A stretch of 64,000 nucleotides of DNA from Botryllus schlosseri. Taxonomy: Eukaryota. A program made the position numbers and the translations under genes. The notes under the pieces are model-generated. The model was given only the letters and a program-made list of their open reading frames with translations, searched no databases and was not told the DNA's origin. This document shows, in pieces, positions 8,838 through 64,000 of this stretch (its first letter is position 1; every line of letters starts with the position of its first letter). The stretch is from assembly GCA_051294905.1 (NCBI GenBank), contig CM119384.1:6820001-6884000 (forward strand), given 5' to 3'.

Positions 8838-11662
8838 CGTTCCAGGACAGTGTGACATCGTGCCACTAAATCAGTTAGATTTGTAGGCTTGTGGCGTACG
8901 CAATGCGTTGAGACGTTTAGTCGGCCTTCGGTCTGTGTGAGATTTTCCGCGTGAACGTATGTGAAGAAACCCATCTGGTGGAATAGGACTGCATTTTCAG
9001 TTGAAACTAATTAAGTCATTTGGTTGTCTGGTAGGAATTTCATGCAGATTAGATCATTACAACAGTGAAATGTGAATATTCACTTTCATCACAGGTTTTC
9101 AAGTTAAAATTACGTTGAATGTATCGAATCTAGTCAAATAACATCGGTAACATAAAAGAGATAAGTTGGTTATAAATATATACTTTACCCGAGAACTGAA
9201 CCCATTGTCAGGTGAAATTCTGTCGTATCATGTATCGGTATGACAGAACCCAATACTCTTTATGGAATACGGAATTTTTCGTAGGACTATTGTTCGCGCG
9301 ACGCTTCACTGGATACCCAAACAAAGCTTTCCCTCTGTTTCTCAATCCTTGTAATGAAAGGCTATCGGATGTGGATCTAGTCGTAAACAATCCCCCAGTC
9401 CGCGCGAGGCGTACAACCAATGTTTGATTTAAGGCGTGCAGATCGTTTTGGTTAATGATTTCCCCGCGTGACAATATCGCAAGATCTGCAATCACTCACT
9501 GCTAATTCCCGAACGCAGACGGAATGCATATCCTCGGTGATAATCCATTTTCATTTCTCCGTGACGGACTGTTTTGGAATTCAAGTTGGCAGGTGCTGTA
9601 ACGTCCACAAATGTCTTACTGTTCACGAAATCCATATTTATCAAATCACTGAGCCAGTTTTAAAGACACCAATACATTTTTACTTTCAATCCCTCTCCTC
9701 CCTTATCAGTATCAGCAGTTTTGTAGTTCAACTAGTGACTAGTCTATTGCATACAAGTGATATCAAATATCTCAGGAATCACGTACTTTCTTATACTTCA
9801 GTATACCGATTCCTCAGAAATTACGATACTAGGATTCCACCAATATATCTTTCTATGGATAGTTGAGCGTCTGATCGGAAAGTTGCCGATGCCAATATTC
9901 TGCAAATATTCAGTGAATATATTTTGATAGGATGTTATGCTACCCACATGGTGGAAGACTGTCATAATTGTAGTGTAATAATAGGTACTCTAATTTCATA
10001 TCAGTAATAGCAATATTTCATAACGTCTTGGATCGTATAAAAGAAACTTCAGTTTTGTGGTGCAATTGAGTCGTGAAAAACGTTGATAGATATAGATATC
10101 CGGTACGAAAGACGACTGCAAAGTATTATTTTCCGAAAGTGCCTAATAAATGGCTGTATGAAGGAATACCAATCGCGCTTTTGGATTTATGCAAGTGATG
10201 CGAATGCATACAGCAAGAAATCGGTTCAATTGGTGAAAAATCGTTAATCATGAAGAAATCACAGTCAACGCGTTTGATCCTATGTACCGCATGCCTGTTA
10301 CTTCACAGCGTCCATGCTACAAGGATGACTAAAGGTAAGCGCCGATATTTGGTAAATGGCATATGCATATTCTAGTCTCGGTCGTGCTTAAGAATATAAA
10401 ATGGACACTCAAGTTTTGCTAGAATTCTCGATAGTATGTGGTTGTGGTACAATTTTTCTCATATAATTGTTAACTGAATTACAACTCCCTATGGTGAGTT
10501 ACTGGTTTTACAAGAGAATGGGCTGCAGTGGATTAAAATCGCTTGTTGATTCCATGGGACTTATGATCAAAAATTCATACTCGAACAAAGTGTCGTTGAT
10601 ACCGCTACCTACTATACAGTGTACTGTACTTGAAAATTCATTCCTCGATCACTCGCATCACAGTACCGACATTTCTATATTGAAGTAGATTTATGAGAAC
10701 AAGTCATTAAGCCTGATAACTTCCATCGGTGACATTCGTGTGAATATTCGATTATTACCAATCTTCTGTTGTGTGAAATTTCACCAACCGCACGTGCGTT
10801 GTTCCCATAAATAATGTCACCTCGATTTTGATGGATGACACTCTAATTGCCAAGCGCTCGTGTATTTCCGATTGATCTTATTGAAATTCCAAATCTGTGG
10901 CTATCACCGGTAGTGAATCGCTTACGAAACTATACCTGCAAACAGTTTGTCGTAACTTTCAATCATAGTTGTATTATTCGCGATAACAGAATGAATTGAA
11001 TCAATTTTGTGTGTAAGGCGAATGCTGACATGCTTTAAAATTTGGCGATCATGATATTATCTTCACGTAACAAGTTTTTATTCCGAGTTTCATCTGTGGA
11101 AAGACCAGCGTACTCCCTTTTCTTTCTTGAAGTAATGATGCAGAACCAATAACCTACTCAGTTTATTTGTGAATCGCTGATATATTAAATTCATATACCA
11201 ACCGACAGCTATTATAATATAATACAGTCAGGTTATAAAAACTAAGTCATGAGTGTGTAATATATTGTATCATGAGCGTGTAAACGTCTGCAGATATAGG
11301 ATATCATTATTTCACGAATGACTTTGTAACATGCCGAACGCGGAAAACAGATATGCTAGACCTGATAACTACAAGAATCGAAATATGTTGGAAAACCTAT
11401 TATACTTATAGGCGGGCTAACGTGATCTTGTGAGTTCAAATCGGATGCTTTCGTTCGCCTTGTCAGTCAATTCATTTCAATGAGGTCGTTACCTATGGGC
11501 AAACCATTCAAAAATACCCATCGCGCTGTCAGTAACTGGTTGGGGATTGGCAAATTTGTGTATTATGCAGTGTCAGTGCGATTATCCGTAATAACGGATA
11601 TCGCCAAAATGTACATGTGCATCGTTTGATCCCCCGTGTAAACATACACATAATGTTACTAC

Positions 11663-11963
11663 TAGGGTTACCATACGTCCTCTTCTAGGCGTATTTGTCC
11701 TCCTTCTGGCAATTCGTCCTCCTTTATAGCTTTGACAGCCAGGCCATTGGCCAGGCACAACCAAAACCGCCATAAACGACGCGAACTCTTCAATCTGGAC
11801 ATTCGAGCGCGTCTTTCAAGAGTCGGACTGGAAAATGACCTTTTTTAGTCAACAGAAGAGTATTCCCCGTAAAAAGTTTCACCCGTTTTCTGGTCCTTTA
11901 AAACTTTTTTGATTAGTTAAATATATACTCTTTTTCCGTATCTCAAAATATGGTAACCCTATA
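11663..11963. mobile_element. MITE with TAGGGTTACCATA TIRs
   Basis: tagggttaccata ... tatggtaacccta(ta); flanks gttactac/gttgctac (7/8 TSD); the same terminus recurs at ~33443. Confidence 0.8.
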
Positions 11964-14900
11964 GTTGCTACACACACTTGTTTATATTTCGCTTTAGCGA
12001 AATTCTGAGATTATAGGATGTAGTCTGACGCTCAATAAATCCGGATGAAACTTCAGTTACATCAGTAAAGCATGTGATATGTGATGCAATTACCGATTAT
12101 GCGATAACCTGATGAAATTTACATATAATATCTAGTCGATTGTATCACCCGTGAAGCTGGACTGTAGAATGGTGCTTGAGTAGTAAATTTTGTACATTCG
12201 ACAAGCGAAGTTTGTCTTAGAAGGAATTTGTTTTTGCCGTGTCTCAAAGTAATCTTCCCTGAGGCGGTTGCAAGGTTATTTCTCGAAGTGTTCTTTTTGA
12301 TGAATTCGCATAAAAGTACTGGAATAGCGAATTGCGTCAAACTGAGTCGTGAAATGAAAACGGTGTAGCCTTCTATTCTTATGTAATGCCCCAGCGAGTG
12401 TATGTTGTTTGTTGTTGTCGAGTCGATTTCATTAAATTCGCATTTGTCTCTAGTTGCCCCCCCTTCATGACCTAATTTAACGTATTTCTCTCCGACATGT
12501 CAGTATACAAGTCACTAGTTTGTCAAAATTGGTTGCCCTCATACTAAATTTGGTATACAGAGAGGGATGTAAATGTAAATGTAACTTTAAACTTCACAAA
12601 GGAGCAAACTCATTTATGACTGTTGTAAACTTGCCCGTCTCATGTAGAACCTACAGTGTGGACCATTCGTCAGCTTGAGTCTTATTGACCTTGTGGATGG
12701 GGTCAGATATCGTGTGCGCTAAAATAGAAAAGTTTGTTAGGATAAGCGGTTCGTCGACTCGGGGCTATTGTTGCCGCGTTTACTTTATCAGGAGCACTAT
12801 ATGAGGTCTCGGCTATCTATATTTGCTTGCTCGCTAAGCAAGAACATATCAACACTTATATAGACTGTGTTTGCTTTGACATTGCCGACGCATTGAAAAT
12901 ATCCTACAAAACTTGCTTTCCCGGAAGAAGGATAACTCAACAACATCTACGATTGATGTTTCCGGTGTACGAATATACCAGCGTAACGCTGATACCCAAT
13001 CACCGTAGCAGCCACAAAATCACTCTTGTGATTGTCGTTCTTTTTGAACTTGTGGATTGCAATGTTCTAGTGAATTCGTTGCATCGGATCTTTATACCCA
13101 CTTTTCAGCGTGGATGCGCGACTTTTAATATTGGTTAGTAAGCCTAGTCAGCCAGCCAGCCTACCCAATCGTTATCCATTGCACTGCGGTACCATCACTT
13201 GTGTGAAATGGGATGTAATTATGCATATGTAATCGTACGATGCACTGAGCCCTGTTTTGTTAGCTGGTTGGTGAAGAATTGGAATACGTAAATAAATTTC
13301 ATGAATCAATAGCTGAGTACACCCCCAATGTCCTATACCTGTTATTATGATGTCTATACTTTGAACTACGACCAATCTATACGTACAAGTCCCGTGCCAA
13401 CACGCTATTTTGCCATTATTTCGAATGTCAAATTGCAAAGAATATATATGATTCCTCATGACAGTTTGAATTCCGTTTATTGGTTTAATGTTATATTATT
13501 TTTCATTTGTTCAATGATAAGAACTAATCCATCGTAATGTGAGATAGCGCTGTAATGATAGCTATATCAATAGTGCATCCAACAATCTAATTCTGTCCTT
13601 TGATATTGTGGTAGCCTTTTCACGATGAATAATGGCGTGCAGTTCAGTAGCCTATCTGTCGGTGTATTTTACTGCAGTTCTCTGTATGGGTGGTTGGTAA
13701 CGAAGTACTTCAATTATGGAGTATACTAGTTTTTGACAACTTGCAATAAGTGTTTTCGTTCTTCGGCTCCCTTCTAAATAACGGACTTTTTAGTCAGTAC
13801 TAAATAATTGTATACATCACGATAACTGTCTATGACTATCGTTTCGAAGATTCACACCTGTCTCTTGCGTCATTACTGATTTTGCGTTGGGAGTGAAAAT
13901 GCACCCAACAATTTTTCACGCGACCTCTGACTGCTAAAAGTAGCCTGTACATATGACCCCTCGATCGAATCTACTTTTTTACTTGAAGCCTGTTCAGATC
14001 TCTATTTTATGCTCCCACTTCATGTAGTTTTGACATGTTTTTGAAGTAGCTATCTACTTGTAAATGAGTAGTAATATTTGAAGGTTCTACGTCTACTTGG
14101 CTACCAACGCTGGCTTCTTTTACCACCTCTGGTCTTCTGCACAAAGAGATTGTTTAATAAGACCGCATTCTCGGCAATATTGTGCACAATCAAAGATTGT
14201 GGATTCTGAAAACATAATCTTTTATCGACTACCCGCGTAGTTTCCGTCCTTCTGAAATGTGTTTTTATGCGCGATTTCTCGCTATTGGTAATCCGAGCAT
14301 CGTGTTTTGAGGATTGAATGATGCTTTTAAATTGGATTACAACTTTGTAATGGAACTTTTATCGCTGTGTCAACTTTCACGATGACACAATGCGTCACGT
14401 CGGTTTTAACAGTAATCTCTCTAATAAAGTAGACCCATACATTTTATTGTGGATCTTTTATTCGTCTCATTCACTTGATCCAATAGTGTTTGGCCGGTGT
14501 CTTTCAACCCCGGACTAACGCAGAGCCCACGTATGGGGTCATAAAATTAGTATTAAACTCGAACGTTAACTTAAGCGAAAGTACAGGATCGATGTTCAAA
14601 TATCTCCTCTAAAGCAAACAGCATTCTCAATGGTTGATGTAGCTAATAGCATTTATGTCCTGTTATGTCTATCAGTTGCTTTGTTTATATAAAATTGTTT
14701 ACATGCTTCCCCTACTCTAGGAAGGTGTTGTAATTTTATTTTCGTGCAAATTAATGCGTAATAAACCTTCGACAGCTTCGCTAACGTTCGGTAGTATACT
14801 GGAGAACGCAGCGACTGCATGAGTCGAGTACTGTAAATTCAATGAGATTCCAAATTCATTGTCCACTGTCCAGTGTAGACTTACCGAATGCCTGTGTGCT

Positions 14901-17900
14901 ATTGCTGGTATATTGTCGCCAAAGGATTTTTCGACAAATATCGATTGGTCCAAATATGATCTTTTCCGGTTTTGTGGTGTAGTATTGCGGCCTCGATAAC
15001 TTAAATACGCATCTAATTTTGTGCCCAGAGTGCCCAGTGGGCACTGCCCACGCTCCGTACTACCAAATACGTAATATCACGTGTGGTATACTGGTATTGC
15101 AGAGCAATTTATCGCGATCGATGGAATCGTGTCTGGCTGTCAATGTGTATGTAAACCAATATTACTGTATATTCGTCGGTTGAATTGCGATTGTGAAATC
15201 ATAATGGGTGACCGGTAAAATAGTACCGTAATAGCAAGTAGGCGGTTTATGAAGAGAGGCGTTCAGCACATCGATTTCAAAACGGACACTGCGTTTCACA
15301 ATAGGATTACCGACTTTCCAACGTCAGGTGCTGGGAAAAGGAAAATGTTTTCAACAATTGAATGATCCTGTAGCGGCAGTACAGACACAATTGCAATGAA
15401 GCTCATAATTTAGGAGTGGAAGGCATGCAAAGCATGACTGTCTGAACGTTACGAACAGTGACCATGACCAAATATCCGCTCATGAAATTCACATGGCACT
15501 GGCGCCAAGATAGATTAACATTGATTGCGTTTTGTGATCCATACTCATCTCTAAGTCGGATGCTGATGATAACGAGCAGGATCCTACATCATCTTTGTTA
15601 TATGGTAACAATAGTACTGTCACATTTTACTACATAACCTAGTTAGTTTTGCATGCTTTCCCACGGTCAAAAGTTTAAGTTCATTCGGTAATTTCGGTTT
15701 CTTCGTCTCGCAAATGCACCAGCGGCCGATTGAAAAAGTTTGGCAAATTACATATAATAATAGGTGTCATATCAAGAACAGGAGCGAAATTACACGTTAA
15801 TACGCGCTGATTTACAGCTCCTGTCTCAACAAAACAGCGCTACCATGCACCTGATGCGACTTTATTCTCCTTAAGAATCCTTTGAATAAAATTACGTGTT
15901 TCGCCATTTTTGTAACACTTCCGTTCACGACGGAAATCGATTTCGGGTTTTAGTTACTTTTTAACGCTGTGGGATTATAATATAATGTATTTAATTATGT
16001 AATTCACCGCGTACGAAGCCTGATTTCATGCGCATGCATAAATTGTATTTATTTGCCAGGTGCATAAACTGACATTCAGAACACAACTGCACAGTGCACA
16101 GTGTACATACTATAAACATTCACTCGCGAATTTTGACTTTCTATTATTATCACAAAACAAGGAGTACATTATACTATGTAAAAACGTCTGAAGGGACAAA
16201 AACACATCAACGAAATTACGAGGGACGATACACCGAGCGGCGTGGTGATAAAACGAAAACAAAATGGTTATCGTTTCCTTTAGCCATAGATCCGCATAAT
16301 TCTACTCAGTTATTCACGGATAACTTGGCCAAGTTGTTGTAGGCCGTATCAGTACAGAGTTCATGCATACGATGTATATTTCTCTCTACGAATAAGCGCC
16401 GTTCCCGGTAAAGGCAATCCAGGTTGTTGTGATCTTCGCAATAAACTGACAATGTAGAATTGGATCCGAGTCAACTGGACAGGAAATTATCTGCGTTGTT
16501 ATGTCGTCGGAACCTCCCGCTTCGGTCATTCATTAGTCACGTAGGTAGCGCGGTGGCCAATTGCCGCTACTTCGATAATATTGTCACGCAATATGAACAA
16601 AGTCTACCGTTATGCCCTTTCTATAGCAAAAAGCATCTGAAAAAGTGGTATTTGTCACAGGTGGAATGCTGCAGACCACAATAACATGGCATGCGTACTA
16701 TATTTGCTATCCACATCTCACTGTATTTTGTCACTTGTCCCGTGAACATTTCGGACAAAGAGTAAAATTGTGTTTGCTGGTCTCAGCGGTATAAACCAAC
16801 GCCAATGTGGTGTACATTTGTGACATCAGCCAGCTCGTATGACTTATAATGATGATTGAAACAAGTGTTTTCATAATGTATAATTGTACATGAATGGTTG
16901 AGTGTTTTTACTCTACCTTAATGAACTTGCTGACCAACTAACAGATGTTTCCACGCGTTGACGAATTTGTCTAACACGACGAGCCATACACATGAGCTTG
17001 CAGATTTCTGTTGATGACCCAAGCCCTTATATATAAGTAATATATGCGAAATAATACTGGGATACGGCATACAAAGCCATCTGCGTTGTAATCAAACTTA
17101 ATCAACAACAACAACCACATTCCGAGAATCGCAAATGTGCAACGGTGCAGTACAGTGTACACGTGTGCAAGTACATCTCTTTGGACTATACACGCTCCCT
17201 TGCAAATTATGCGCGCCGCTAATTTACCTCGTTTTGGGATTATTGGCAATGTTTTCATGTCAGCGCTAATAATCCCACTCATGGAGTGTATTTCTTCGAA
17301 GCAAAGTCGGCGTAATGCGCGGAACATGCGGCTAAAATCCGTTTCGAAAATCTGCCTCTATCCGCGTTTGTCATTCGTCGGTGTTCCGATTCCAGGAATT
17401 TTCTATCGGTGAAAATATTCTTGTAACTCTCAAAACGATGAAGATAATATCTCATCCCGACTCTTCCACATTGCTTGTCATCTTGTAAGTTTCAGCATTA
17501 CTTTGTTTCGCCGTACCGATGTATGATGATCATAAGGAAATCGTTGTCAATTATAGAGCCGATTGGTCAATTTTATTCTCCGGCTTCGATTGGATTGTCC
17601 GGAATCTAATGGGCCCATCAATACGGTGATAATACATCTCATTGCGAAACTGTTGTATCTATAGAGTAGACATAATGCCACGGAAAAAGTGTTTTAGACC
17701 GGGTGGACAGTGGACAAGACATGGACCGGGCGTACGATTAGATTATCGTAGGCTTCCCATGGAAGATGTCTTGTTTAAATTGTGCATCGCATGAATATAT
17801 AAAACGGTTTTCACATTGGTATCGATATTAATGAAATTATATTGGGGTCCTGTAAAAGATCTCTCATAAACAAAATTATATACGAGACATACGATTTTCG

Positions 17901-18288
17901 GTCATTCTTCAAATAAAAATTACACTGCTTTATAAAACTTTCACATTGCCGCACGCATATTGCGTCGCGGACAGCACACGCTATATACCTATACTCCCGC
18001 TCCAAACACACACACACAGACACGACATATATGGCACATGGTTGCAGCTATTGCAGCACGGCATCTATGTATGATAGTCCGATTGTTGGCTTAAAAATTG
18101 CGTTTATAAAACACCAGTGACCTTGTGATCCTAATTGACGATGCAGATATTAATTAATCCTACGAGGATCTGGTATATTTCCGGTGTCGATTGAATGATT
18201 TAATTGATTTGAATAACAATGGTTCCGTGCGACAACAATTTCACGCGAAATTATACGATTTGTTTGTGTAGGGCAAGCATTACGGCAG

Positions 18289-63426
<45,138 letters not shown>

Positions 63427-64000
63427 GTAAGTTTAAGAATTTTCGATATCTTGCGCTGCGATATTTATCCACATTCTGATATGACAGTATATGTAGGACA
63501 GTGGGTGTCTATCGCCGGGGCCTACGATAAATTAGTGGACCCCGCCACCGTCCTAATTTCGTTTACACCCTATAACTGCAACTTCACCATATCGCGTTTG
63601 CGACTGCGATCATATTATTTCAATGCTCCGGATATTTTGCTGCTAAATGTGAACTATTGGGGTCCAGATCTGGTCATGATGACAAATTTTGGATGAAATA
63701 TGTTCGGCAATTTCGGGACGACGCTTGGATTTGTTGTGACGTTATAATATAGAAGTAGGAAACTGGGGAATAAGGCATCGATTGCCGCAACTGTGCCTGA
63801 GCAGAGTAAATATCAGGCTTGGAAAAAGCTCCAACATATAGAGCTTTACGAAATGAGAGTAATGAGACATGCTTGTATTCGAGTTAGGACTGGGCAAAAC
63901 CAGTTGGCAGCACCGTAACTGCCGCACCCCAAACCCCCCAATTGGGGGGGCCCGAGCTCGAAGGGGGCCCAAAATTATTTCGTGAATTAGCATAAATCAT

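Overview
Eukaryotic, AT-rich, intron- and transposon-rich genomic DNA. The chordate-like exon structure and the extended Cys-rich ectodomain suggest an invertebrate chordate/deuterostome such as a tunicate (inference). Most of the window is one + strand EGFR/ErbB-family receptor tyrosine kinase gene. I reconstructed it by hand as 28 well-supported, phase-compatible GT-AG exons (21889-63426) plus a candidate signal-peptide exon (18289-18406), about 4000 nt or ~1333 codons, with the final exon beyond the window end. The product has L1, furin-like II, L2, an extended Cys-rich domain IV, a TM helix, an intact kinase and a Tyr-bearing tail. The first 2.8 kb hold the 3' end of a tandem paralog made of homologs of exons 11-13. 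It carries a +1 frameshift in a G5 run, has lost cysteines, and stops before any TM segment, so it is either a soluble/decoy EGFR ectodomain or a decaying pseudogene. The rest is hAT elements and MITEs (one with a GC-rich degenerate transposase, stacked with a second element at one 8-bp target), LINE and SINE fragments, and microsatellites. No prokaryotic features, CRISPR arrays, rRNA or bona fide tRNA were seen. Most entries in the ORF track are intronic noise.
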